From: Saccostrea echinata
Lineage: Eukaryota
Reading direction: 5' to 3'
Assembly: GCF_033153115.1 (NCBI RefSeq)
Contig: NW_026889801.1
Span: 4,278,001 to 4,342,000, forward strand
Length of the DNA stretch: 64,000 nucleotides
Program-made: the position numbers and the translations under genes
Shown here: positions 9,824 through 21,971 of the stretch, one piece after another
Position numbering within the stretch: position 1 is the first letter of the stretch
Layout of the letters: each line of letters starts with the position of its first letter
The notes under the pieces: generated by a model
What the model was told of the DNA's origin: nothing
Seen by the model: only the letters and a program-made list of their open reading frames with translations
Databases searched by the model: none

Positions 9824-11458
9824 TTCCCCCCTAATTTTAAAAGAAGATTGAAAGAAATACAAGTATTAAAATAAATATAGAAATTGTATTAGTGATTGAG
9901 GATTTGGGTTCTACAGAGGGGGTGGGGGCATATTGTGTAAATAAATATTCTGGACCATCACCCCCATCTTCCGGAAATAAAGTTTGGAATTTAAGCCGTC
10001 AACTCAACCGGTGCTAACCCAGAGTTTAATAGACCTTTTTGTACAGGGTTCTGTACCCTTTCAATGGGGAATTTTTAATCGAAAAAGTGGCAAACCTTGG
10101 AAATACTGATGTCTGAAATCAAGTTAAAATGTTGATTAAAGAATATCTTTTAAGGCTTATGCCTTAATCAATATTCAAATCTTCATTTCTATTTTCTAAT
10201 CATCAAAATCTCAAAATTCATGTCTTATTTAATTAAACAAAAAGCACTAATTAATGCAATGTGCATGTTATTTGGGAAATTTTAAAATTGGGAAAGGGCC
10301 CTTTTACAGGATCTGAATGCAAGGGTTATTAAACCCTACCCCCCCCCCAAAAAAAAAAAGAATGTTGGAGGGCAATTCCTTTTTTTTTCGCTTGTCAATT
10401 TCACATGGATTAAAATAAATAATATACTTCTGAGCATTTGGGAAAACATGAAAATAAATAAAAATAGATAATGTGTCTCACCCCCCCCCCCCCCGTCCCT
10501 TAAATATGCGTGAATCGACATAATTCAACAAGACGGGTACCAACAATAAAAAAACAATAATAATTAGTTCTTTGAGTAATGAATGTATAAACATATATCA
10601 TATTGATTCTTCAACACACGTTGGAATTTTTCTCAGGTCATTCGAAATGACGTCATTTCAACATGTCACTTTACAATCCATTTTTATCTAATATTTCTAT
10701 GACTTTGATCAAAAAAGGTACACAGATGTACGTAATAAATTCTCAACATCACAACAAACACCACATGAAAAAAAAAATCCATTATTTGAGTTTAAGAAGC
10801 TACAAGTTCTTACCTCCGTGTACTTGTGAATTCACGCGTTGTGCACAACTTGTAGAATTACGCGGTATGCAAAACTGATGACGTAAATCGCAGTAAATTA
10901 GGGGATTTCCCTAGCTACACGTACACGTAGACGTAGACGGTCATTTGCTTAACCACTCTATTGTCTCTGATTTATTGGTTACTATGTTTCTTAATTTTTT
11001 TTTATCAGTTTTCAATGTTTTTATTTTTTATAGTAGGCATTTTGGAAGAGCTGTCTCCTATTTTTTTACTGGTCAGAATACCAATTATAACAAGAGGCCC
11101 AAGGGCTTAACTTGAGTATAATACAACACTGTGAAGGATCCATAGAAGTCTTAATAAAATAAACTCTGACTTGTTTGCTAACAATTGTTTCGTTCGATTG
11201 TCATCATTTTTACTTTTGTTTTCATCGGTTAACACTGCTTTTATAAGATCCTCAACAATGAAGCGCTTATCTCTCTTTCCATGACGTTACTAACTCTGTT
11301 AAGGATCCATAGCTATCTTTTAAAAAATAGATTTTTGTGTGATGATGTTTTTCATTATTGAATTAATTAAACTAAAGAATGGTTTCTTTAAACTTGGTTA
11401 TCACAATTTTATTGGAAGTTTATGACTAAGTAACAATCATTGTTTATTAACATTATTG

Positions 11459-11700
11459 CAGGTGCAACGTTGAATATTGACCCGTGTTGAAAATTGACCC
11501 GGGGTTCATTTTTCAACGATGGATACTGAACCTGATGTGCTTTTTCTCCGTTAAAATTTAGACCAAAAGTCGTGGAATGGAATACATACCCGGTGTCATT
11601 TTTCAACATCTTTGTAATTTATTTTTTCGGCACTTATGACCTAAACGCGTTGAAAATTAACCCTATTGAATATTGACCCCCGACTACAGCGTTTTGTCCT
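11459..11700. mobile_element. MITE end with GTTGAAWWTTGACCC repeats
   Basis: Repeated and inverted motif CGTTGAAAATTGACCC. Duplicate at 27825; opposite-orientation end at 35674-35779. Confidence 0.55.
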
Positions 11701-12537
11701 CTGTTCGATCTGGAAGTTGTTATACATGATTTATATGTATGTGTAACTACTAATATATTTATTAATTTCATAATTTGAATTTCTTCTAACATAATAATTA
11801 GATCGGGCTGAAATCATCCCTAAAATACAGGTGTTGTTCAATACACCTCATATCTTTTTTCATTGTTGTCTTTGACATAAGTTATTAAAAGATGAACTAC
11901 GTATTGTACTAAAATGACCATCTAGAGGGCCCTTTTATCGCCCCCTCTCCTTCAGGTGTCTATTATGATATACAATTCATTATTAATTGCCGCCTAGGAT
12001 AAAAATGCATGAATTTATTTTTTTTTTTCAAATTTGGGACAGTCACAAGATGAAACACTTCCTTTAAACTTGGCTCAATGTTGGCTTATAGGTCCTTAAT
12101 GATGGCTTAATGGTTGCCTTTAAGTCACCATCAAGCACCATAAAACTAGCTTTAAGTATAACACCACCATTTAGTTACCATTAAGCTATTTCAAAGTCCT
12201 TAATGGGTACTTAAAGGTAGCTTAATTATGGCATAATGGTGGCTTATAGGTCCTTAATGGTATAGACAATCTTTAAGTCACCATTAAGCGAATTGCAAAC
12301 TTATAGGTGCTTAATGTACATACTCCATTAAGCTACCATTAAACCACCTTTAAGCCACCATTAAGTCACCATCACGCAGTCGATAAAACTGCTTTTATGG
12401 GTAAAATATTATTTTTATAAAGATTTATCATCACAAATTATAAATGTCGAGTTTACACTTTTGTTAATTTGGCAAAAATAATGTAAAAGAAAGAAAAGTT
12501 TAAAACAAAAAAAATCAAATATTAAATTTTAAAAAAC

Positions 12538-12609
12538 GGTTCCGTCAGGATTCGATCCCAGGATCTTTGGTTTATGGGGCGAACGCGTTAACCTTTAGGC
12601 TATAGGAGC
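12538..12609 (-). pseudogene. tRNA-like cassette (initiator-Met-like) inside the CACA element
   Basis: Minus strand TAGCCTAAAGG (A box)..CCCATAA..GGATCGAATCC (B box); stems imperfect. Confidence 0.55.
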
Positions 12610-14050
12610 TGCTGAGATATGATGGAAATATAAAACCTTTATTTTTAACAAAATTTGTGGACTCGAACGTGTATTTTTAATGTTTATATATATTATATTT
12701 ATATCTTTATAATCAATAATATAAGTAATATATTTATATATATATATATAAAAAACTTTTATATTACGTTCAAATGTCCTACCGTGAGTTCGGTGTAAAA
12801 TAACATTTTGATTTATGCTATGATTTCCTCGCTCTGTTATTGGAGTTTTTATTAGCATGACAAGATTGAAATTCAACAGATATAACCCAATTTGTTATTA
12901 AAAAGGAATATATCCTCAAAAGAGAACGATGGAAAAACATATTATAATTCTTTTTAAATACATGTATGCTGCGGATAATAATTGACAATCTTTGCGTAAC
13001 ACTTACGTTTATAAAATATTTTTTTCATCTTCAGTTTGAATTCTTTTTATTTCACAATGGGTATCAAAATTATTGTCTTTTCGTCTAGAATCATAATCTT
13101 TAATTTGTTAATGCTTGCGTTTAATTTTAAGTTTTGTAAAAATAATTCATCATTAAAATCTGTCATTGTACGTTGTGTATAGTAACATGTTAGCTGACCA
13201 GGGACTGGTGGGGACACCTAAATAAGGTATATTGTCTAATTAAGTCGATATATTGTACGCTGTATATTTTTCCCCGCTTCCCAATGTGTATGTCTGGTCG
13301 GTTGTCATGTTTAATCTGATCGACTGTTCTTCTGAAAATCGATTTTGAAATAACAATCATTGAAGATCGACTATATTTTGATAAATTCTTACTTCTGCAT
13401 TATTTTAAAAGGGAAAAAAAAATAATGGCATTTAACCATGGATTATTTCAAATTATTCATGATAGAATTCAATGATCGGCAATATAAACCATACCTATAT
13501 ATTTGTTTTCATATCTTAAACATTTCTCTACCCAAAGAAAAATTAAGAGACAGAGATAATATAACTTTTTTTTTACAAAAGAAAATGACTCTATATTACA
13601 ATATTTCCTATGAATTCGGCAGCGGAACGTGGCTCTCCAAACACGAAAGAAAAATACAACGTGATTTTTTATTTAAAAAAAATCAATATATATTATGTGC
13701 TCAAACTGAATTTTGGTAGCTAAAATTTTAAGGCATTTGCTGAATCTGTTTTCAGTGTCGAGTTTATACGCATTGACAAAAATGTTAGAAATAGCGAAAC
13801 AAAATTTTGAATTTAATTGAATAAGATTTTGCGTAAATGATATTGAGACAACTTAAACCTTAACAAGTTAGTGTATAGACTTAATAAAGGATGCATTCAG
13901 GTGGTTTAATTAAGTTTGGACATTAAGCCACCATTAAGCTGCAGCTTAAAGGTGGCTTTATGGTAGCTTAATGAAGTTTGGACATTAAGCACCTAGAAGC
14001 TGCAGCTTAATGGTGGCTTAAAGGAATTAAGTTCTATAAGCCATCATTAA

Positions 14051-14975
14051 GGAGGGATTCTTCTCATAAGAACACTTATTTCTTATATTTAAAAATCAAT
14101 GAAATTTTCACAGAATCAAGAACACAATATCACTAAGTGATGGTATCAGTTAGATTAAATTTGACCGTTTTATATTAGAGGCAAGGTCAGGTCAAGGTCA
14201 GTACCTTTTCCGTGGACATTAAGAATAAAAAATTACTGCATCATGCGATAAATACTTCTATTTCAATAAATTAAATGTTTTTCTTTTTGCATAAAGAGAT
14301 ATTACCATATAGGATCTATAAGATGATATTACCAAATTGACATTAATAATTTAACGTAGGTCGCGGGGTTAGTGACCTTTTAAAATTGCTCGAAAACATA
14401 TTACGAAAATTTGTTATTTGAATCTCCTATTTCTGTTGTACATTCCCTGAAAATTTTATAAAATTCGTCTGCATCGTTTTTGCGTTATTAAATCCCAAAC
14501 ATGCAATCGTTGTCATACCATTTTCGACGCTATTCTATTGAATTCTATAGGAAAAACGTCATTTTGACTCGTTTTTAGGCAAGATTTCGTCTAAAAAAAT
14601 CTCAGTAATTTTTAAATGGTGCAGACGAAATTGTTCCCCTTTTGGTCATTTCACACAGAGATGATTTCCTATAAATCTATGTAAAATAATTAATATGTCT
14701 TCGAGTTAGTTTTCTCGTAATTTAAATGCAATTATTGCTTTTACTTCGCAAAATTTAACATTTTAAGAATGACGCTATAAACTATCGCGACGTCACGTTT
14801 CCCGTCGAGAATGCGGTCTGGTATAAAATGCAGAAAACAAAATATAATAGATAAGAAATAAATTTATGTTTATATACATTTACTGTAAAATTAGCACAGA
14901 TGTATGAGTTAGGTAACAGTGTATCTTGTCTGAAACACTTTACCGGTTTTAATTAATTGTTTATAAGCTGTAACT

Positions 14976-15019
<44 letters not shown>

Positions 15020-16285
15020 CTTGGCTTGCAAGTACATCCTGGCGTAATTCAAAGACCTTTTTTCTTACAAGATTGGGGGAGTGAATATTAATCAGAGAAT
15101 TAGGAGCTAGTTCCTATATGAATGGATTTTTTGTATTTAATATGGATGGATTATATTTCGTATTCTTTAAAAAAGCTATACAAAACCCTTCTTTGTATAC
15201 GGAATTTTTACATTGGTAATACTTGAGTACACACGCAGCATACGACTGCTCCTTTAACAGGACATGTTTAACGCTGTCGTATTACCACATGTCGTCAGCG
15301 TTTTTTCCAAATTAATCCCATTCCGTTGGTATATTAAAAAATACCAAGAACTACTCTGTCTGAATATTTCACAATTTTTCACCGAACTTTGTACATTTTT
15401 TGAACGTCCGATTTTTCATTCTCGACGCCGTTGGATATTGTCAAAGTATTTGCAAAACATGGTGTCAAAATATTCTAAAGAATTTTTGGCCTTTGATGAG
15501 CTTTCTTTTAAGATACTAAGATAGACAGGAACAAAGAATGCAAGTTTTAGTTGGGGGGGGGGGGGGGACAACCCAACAGATATAAACAAGCTTAGGCCCG
15601 TAGAAACGGTTTCAATTTTTTTCTTTTTATTGGGGGGTTGGGGGGTTGGGGGGTTGGAGCCAGCTCAAAAAACACCCCAAACAAACAAACCTAATTAGCT
15701 GTCCGAATCCTGGATGTGCCAGTGCTCGACCTTACAGGAACAAAAAGTGCCCCCATCCCCCCCCCCCCCCGCTGCGTTTTACGGGCCTGAAGCAGGCGTT
15801 CTTGAGGGGGCAGGCACAACCGCAAATTAGTTCTGTTTTCTAATTAATATTTTCATGAACTGGCAAAATTATTGAGGGGGTCAACAACTGTAAATTAGCT
15901 TGATTTCTAAAGTAATTCATATACATTGAAAAAATTATGGGGACACGCCCATCCTCCGATTCCTACCGCACTAATATCCCTTTCTTCTTTAGCACGAATT
16001 CCTCACAAGTCTGGCAGCGATCTTTTAATTAAATCAGGCGAAATAACACACAAGTGCCGCTAGCTCCGAGACGTTGTAATTTTGGACCTTTCATTTCTTC
16101 GACGCAATACTTTTACTTTGTTCAATTCCAAAGTTATTAGTTATTTTTTATTTGCTTCAGTATATACTTTAAATGCCTTTGCAAATTCCGGGGGGGAGGG
16201 GGGTCTGCCCCCAATACCCCCCTCCCCCCACTAGATCCGCGCATGAACAGTATTGTAAGGCGTTACTTATTGAAGGTCTGTTATC

Positions 16286-16325
<40 letters not shown>

Positions 16326-17411
16326 TTATGCTTCATAGCACCTGAGCAGTTTTTCAATTGTAATATAAATATACAAGTATTTTAAAAATTTCCTTTTAAA
16401 AAATTAAGTTTAAGCTTTTGATGTAACAGCTGTAATTGCTGTTGATTATATCATGACAGTTTATCAGCGTAACAAACTTTATTTTTTTATTAAAATACGT
16501 CAAAGGGAAAAAAAATCATTCAGTTAACACTTGTTTAGTTGTTCCATATCTTTTCGTGACACTGTTGTTGTCTCAATGTGATGATAAATAAACGCTTTCT
16601 AACGCTTTCGATTTTCCAACATTTAAATGTAAAAAAGTTTTTCTATTTGTGATAACTTCAATTTGTTTGTATTGAAGAATTAAAAAAATCTTACTCATTG
16701 TGACGTCATAATCAATTTTGCACAAGAAAGTCATTCAAATCATATAAATTGCGTACCCAGTTTTAACGACGTCAGCAAACCCGCAACCTACGTTAACTAA
16801 AATGGATATTGGCTAATCTGAATTTTCTCTATTTTTCTTAAAATTTTAAGATATTTTAGTTGTTTTTATATGCTTCCTATATTTATTTTTTTCTTATTTT
16901 CACGTATGGTAAAGTTGTCACATAAAGATACAAAATGATATAAAAACAAAAATTTTGACGGTTTACTACGAGAGAAAAAACACTTTTTACAGATTTTTGG
17001 CTCAATTCTGAACTTAGATTGGAAGCTTTTAAAAAGTTAATATAATTGTAGTTTGTTTTGAAAATCATATTTATTTGATATATTTTAAAACTTTAGTCCC
17101 TTATTATTAATTTAACTTACATTTAAAACTTTTCTCCAATCTTTGATTGTGTAAAAATTATAACTGAATTCATTGTTCTATAAATATTTTGAGAGGCAAA
17201 AAGAAGATAGTTTCATACGCCGCCATTCCACCAAAAATATAGTCCCTGCTAGATTTCAAACTTAGTTTACCATTTCTATTTAAAGTTGTACAATTGTGAT
17301 GAGGAAAGAAAAAAATGATCTTTTAAATCCCTTACATCTAAATACATAAGACATACAAGCAAATATACTTTGAATATTTCATCTAGTCAGAAACCAGACA
17401 AGAATCCCTCC
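14051..17411. mobile_element. Kolobok-like non-autonomous DNA transposon, copy 1 only (3361 bp)
   Basis: TTAA TSD and TIR GGAGGGATTCTT / AAGAATCCCTCC (purine start, unlike piggyBac CC). Empty site CCATCATTAAGCTACC at ~30465. Confidence 0.85.
14978..15016 (+). repeat. (GA)n microsatellite
   Basis: Direct observation. Confidence 0.95.
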
Positions 17412-17518
17412 TTAAGCTACCATATGCATTAAACCACCATTAAGCGATTGCTTAAAGATGGTCTTTCGTCCTGTGTCTGGTAGAATTTTTTTCCTGTATT
17501 GATTATACAATTGTATGT

Positions 17519-17647
17519 ATACTATCATGTTGTAAATTTTGAATTTACCGGATGGCAGTACATACAAAATTTTCAACATGATGTAGTTGTCATGTAAATT
17601 TTGTATTTACTGCCACCCGGTAAATTCAAAATTTACATGACAATATA
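17519..17647. repeat. ~130-bp palindromic MITE/foldback (duplicate at ~30571-30702)
   Basis: Arms CATGTTGTAAATTTTGAATTTACCGGATGGCAGTA.. / ..TACTGCCACCCGGTAAATTCAAAATTTACATG. Confidence 0.75.
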
Positions 17648-17738
17648 CATGTATATCGACATTAGAACAGCAAACTTGTTTGAAAAAATAACCAGTTTTA
17701 TAATATATTTACCTGTATGTATTTGATACCTAAATTTT

Positions 17739-18210
17739 AATATACCTTCATCACCTGCATACGGGGTATATATCTCTCAGTTGATTCGATACGTAAGAGC
17801 ATGCTCTACGTATGTACAATTTCTAAAACGAGGTAAATTATTGACAAATAAGTTGATGAAACAAGAATATCAGCTGTCTCGTTTAAAGTCATAATTTCGT
17901 AAGTTCTATGGTCGATACAATGACCTTGTCAGCAAATACAATTTATCATTGAGTCAAACACTGACCGACGTTTTTCATACTAATTGTTAGGCCATTATTT
18001 ACACACTGAATTGTCGACAGATTTTTCCGTTATTTCCCGATCATGACAAGGAGCACACGGCTGGTGTGACCGGTCGGCAGGGGATGCTCACTCCTCCATG
18101 GCACCTTATCCCACCTCTGATGTTTGGAGGTCCGTGTCTGCTCTGCTCCTATTTTGTATTGTTTAATGGACTTTTGAGCTTAAATACTGTTCGTTATCTC
18201 CATATATTTA
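17739..18210 (+). mobile_element. Penelope-like element 3' fragment (RT C-terminus plus 3' UTR)
   Basis: NIPSSPAYGVYISQLIRYVRACS..LKS*FRKFYGRY, then the conserved UTR GGTGTGACCGGTCGGCAGGGGATGCTCACTCCTCC. Confidence 0.85.
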
Positions 18211-18249
18211 ATTTGTATAACAGCAGAATTCATATCCATGCACAACTTG

Positions 18250-20585
18250 GATTACCTACACATTTCAAGAACATCTAATTAGCGATCTGCTAGAAGAACT
18301 TGTATTTGATTTTTATTTTCGGATATTCAACTTATACTCAAAGGTTTACTCTATAAGGCTGAAATTCCTCGAAATCACGCTTCAATCTTTAAATAGTCTT
18401 TATGTTTCAGTAAAGGAAAAAGAATTGGATTATTCTATCTATACTGGATTCTTAAACTTCAGGAAAATCCTAAAAAAAAAAAAAAAGATACATACAGGTT
18501 GCAGCAAATGCTCTACCAATCCCCTGTTTTTAACTTCTCACTAAAATATTTACTCCTTAGAAGGAGAAAATTAAGACGCACTATGCTTCAATCTATTCAT
18601 AAAATTGTGTAAATTATATAGATGATGGATTTTAAAATCTCTTACAAACTTACATTTTAGAAACATTTAAAATCACTTTTTTCAAAGTCAATAACAACAA
18701 AATGCATGATTTTACAACACTTCATATTCCTCACGATGAATTAAAGATTAGGTGTTTTGATAACTTAGAACACCTTCTTCAAGAAAAATGGAACTTGGAA
18801 CTTTCCTGTCTCGTGACCAGTCATTAAACAATTAATTGTTTTAAAAAATCAGTCTGCTTCTACAAACAAGTACTCTGAGCTAGATATTAGAAATATGCCT
18901 CTTTCACAAGATCTATATAATCTTTGGAGACCAAGCCTTCCAACAGGCTGTTAGAATTTTGATAGGACATAATATCTTCTTTATTACCAGACATGTATGT
19001 TTTTATAATCCTAAGAAGCAAACTATTCGATTACTACTACATGACAACAAGAAAAATTATGTTGTGGGCTTTCACAGGGATATATTAACGACGTTTTATC
19101 AATATTTACAAGAATTACTTTCATTCATATGTTGACTCGATATATCCAAGTGAACTCGAAATAAATATATCTGTTTCAATATCCGTTTTATATTGGGTGT
19201 TTTACACAGACGATGATGCCCACTTAACGACGACGGGCCTAATTCATTTCTGCAATAGATTTTTATTCAAATTCTAATATGAGGTAAAGTGACTTTTATT
19301 GAGTTAACATCAATAAAAAAAAATCATATGGTCATCGATGTAGATTTTTTAAAGGAGAGCGTTTCAAAAGTTGGCGATGGAAATCGATAATTACTATAGG
19401 AAGTACTGTAAGTCAACTATTATTCGCGACATCTTGTGTTCGCGATTCTTCAGTAAAGAATCTATCCTGCGACTACTAATATTCGCAACCTAGGCAACAT
19501 TCTACAATAAATACGTAGGTAAAGAAAGTGATTCGCGACGAGAAATGTTTGCGAGTTAAAGAAGGTCGCGAAACTCGTGGATATTTCTCGCTCGCGAATA
19601 AAAGTTGGTTTACAGTAATCGAAAATTGCCAGTGTAGGGTAGAAGAGTGATCATTGAAAAAAAATCTGCAATAGAATTTTTATTCATATTAAAGGACAAT
19701 GCTAACAAGACAATTTACCAGCAAATTATACCAAAAAATAAATGGGTCATCGGCTTCGATTTTTTCAGGGGGCCTGTCAAACTCAGGTGTAGGGCACATT
19801 TTGAGGGAAATTTTCAATAAAAATACCTTGGCCAACTAAATCATTTATTTATAAAATTAACAAATGAATATAAATCGAAATATTTAAAATATTTTTAAAT
19901 GGAGAGGAATCGTTTGAATATCTTTAAAAGAATTAAAAAGGTATATATTTTTATCTTTTGCAATACATAATTAAGTCAATTTGATTCAAGGCATATGAGC
20001 AGTTTTCTGTGCAGTGGCGCGAAATTTCGAATTAGGTCCGTTGTCCTTAACGACTAATCTGCATGACAAACGAGATGACAACTTTTCCATGAAAATTGAA
20101 GACAACGAACTGTGATCATATTGAAGGGTAAATTAAACAATACAAATTGTGAGCAAACTTTTACAACATCAGAGGTGGGATCAGATGCCATGGAGGAGTA
20201 AGCTTTCCCTGTCATGAGGTCACACCCGACATGTGTCCTTTGTCATGAAGGTGTAAATGATGGAGAAATACGCAGTCAATTCAGTATGAAAAAATGGTCC
20301 GTAAATTTGAATGAAAGACGTTTATTTGGTTATATTATTGCTTACATTTTTTCATACCTATTGTTAGGCCATTGTTTAGTACTAAAATGCTCCGTCTACC
20401 TGATCAATACATAGAGCTCATGGTGGGTGTGACCGATCAACAGGGAATGCTTACTGCTCTTAGGCATCTGACTCAATCTCTGGAGTTTCAAGGGGTCCGT
20501 GTTTTGTGTCTTGTTCACAAATTTGTATTGTTTTTAAGAATTTTGAGGCCATTCACTGTTCGTTATTTCTACCTTTTTAATTTTG
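18250..20585 (+). mobile_element. Heavily degraded Penelope-like RT body with nested MITEs and an inverted 3' piece
   Basis: Remnants HDFTTLH..IPHDELK, QAFQQAV, RYINDVLSI..YVDSIYPSELEI and LHDKRDD. Minus-strand UTR piece at ~20095-20240 and plus-strand UTR piece at ~20340-20585. Confidence 0.7.
19406..19615. mobile_element. MITE with TA TSD (Tc1/mariner-like ends); duplicate at 32446-32655
   Basis: TA|CTGTAAGTCAACTATTATTCGCGA .. TCGCGAATAAAAGTTGGTTTACAG|TA. Confidence 0.8.
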
Positions 20586-21971
20586 GTTGAAAATATCGTG
20601 TACCGGTATATGTTGTAAAGAAAATTCACTCGGTGATTTAATCCGTGCCTCAACTTATAAACTATCGTGGAAAAGGCTACTTCTTTTTTCAATTATTTCA
20701 TTTCATAGAGAAAGATTGCCGAATTTCAGATCTATAGTATTTTAATTAGGCCATATGCCCTTGTCATTTCCGATTTCGTTTTATATGTTTTAGCAGTCGT
20801 CAACCCAGCGTGTTACTTTTCCCGTCAGGGAGGGCAAAACTTAATTTTTGATATTGGGGATATGCCAGGTTGCCGGCTGCCCCACTGTTATATTGACCAC
20901 TGTTGATAATATCTGCCAACTCAATTAAACCATTATAAACAATCAAGATATTTGTTTTGAAATATTGAATATATTTAGGTCTTTGATAACAATTTTAAAT
21001 ATGAACGAAGAGATTTATTTTTAAAAAAAAGATATGACTACAGATATTATCAAAAGCATTGTTTGTCAATTACTAAACTTTGACCCGCTCTGCGATCCCA
21101 TTTTCGCAGTTTAAAATTTTGGATGTTTAAAATATATATAGTGATATATTTAAACTTTTAGATTCAAACCTTTGAATTTATTGTTAAAACATGTCTACCA
21201 AATCTGGATATAATGTGACGTTAAATAAAAATGTTATGACAGAAATCCTCTAACAGCCCTTATATACCGTATAGTTGGTTTTCATGTTACCTTGCTTATT
21301 TTACGTTTCAATTTCAGAAAGAAAAAAACGCATTTTTCTTCCATTTGCATAAGGGAAAAGTATTTTCTTTCTGGTTTGTCAAATTTATTATTGAATATAT
21401 TAAACTCCAATCTTTTATCAGATGTTACAATTGAGAACATTTGGTCCATTGCAAAGTTTCTCGGCATGATCTCTATCATTTTTTGATAGCCAGTAACACT
21501 TCTAATTTTGTGTTTGAAAATTTTTTTTATTATCTTATTTTGTCTGATCTAGAAATTCAATGTTTATTGAAAGACATTTGGTGCTAAATTCTTTAATCTA
21601 TAAAGGATTTAAATCCTCTAAACAGCAAGTTTTCATCACTACCACAGGACAAAGCAATACTGTATCACTCATGAGTTTTGCATAGAGGAAAATTATAGAA
21701 ACTAAATATCGTCTGTTTCGTTTCTAAGTTGAACTGGAATTTCAATCTAATGTTCATATGCAACATAAATTTCTTTAAAGAACAAACATTTGTCAGATTT
21801 GTAATGTCATAAGAGAGATATATATTTTAATGCCTTAGAACTCTTTTATCTTTTCTCTTCTGGGGAAGTCTATATAAATCGAATTCGAAATATGAAGTTA
21901 CAGGAAAAATAGGACGGGTTCACCAAACTGCTCTTAAGATATTTTGTATGTAACTAAGTAAATCTTTCACA

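Larger units (their letters stand above)
7743..10959 (+). mobile_element. PIF/Harbinger-group (PHIS, Pangu-type) DNA transposon, decayed, copy 1
   Basis: ~44-bp imperfect TIRs (AGAGAGGTTAAGCGTTTGACCG.. / ..CGGTCATTTGCTTAACCACTCT), 3-bp TSD ATT, convergent transposase and Myb/SANT-like ORFs. Confidence 0.9.
12044..17475. mobile_element. Non-autonomous CACA-ended element (CACTA/CMC-like) with CCACCATTAAG subterminal arrays, copy 1, interrupted by the Kolobok-like insertion
   Basis: Imperfect TIRs CACAAGATGAAACACTTCCTTTAA / TTAAAGATGGTCTTTCGTCCTGTG. 11-bp motif arrays in both orientations at both ends. TSD not clear. Confidence 0.6.
3890..20800 (+). repeat. Segmental tandem duplication, copy 1
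   Basis: Starts CGTGTTACTTTTCCCGTCAGGG and ends TTTAGCAGTCGT. Collinear with 20809-33841 apart from two TE insertions and small indels. Confidence 0.95.

Noticed and set aside
12080-12375. CRISPR-like or iteron-like short repeats
   Set aside because: No unique spacers; eukaryotic transposon subterminal arrays in both orientations.
17990-18210. SECIS or selenoprotein recoding in the Penelope-like fragment
   Set aside because: No recognisable SECIS core, and the stop seen in the fragment is TAA, consistent with ordinary decay.
3890-20800. The duplicated block as one giant transposon carrying C1qDC
   Set aside because: No convincing TIRs, TSD or Helitron ends at its boundaries.
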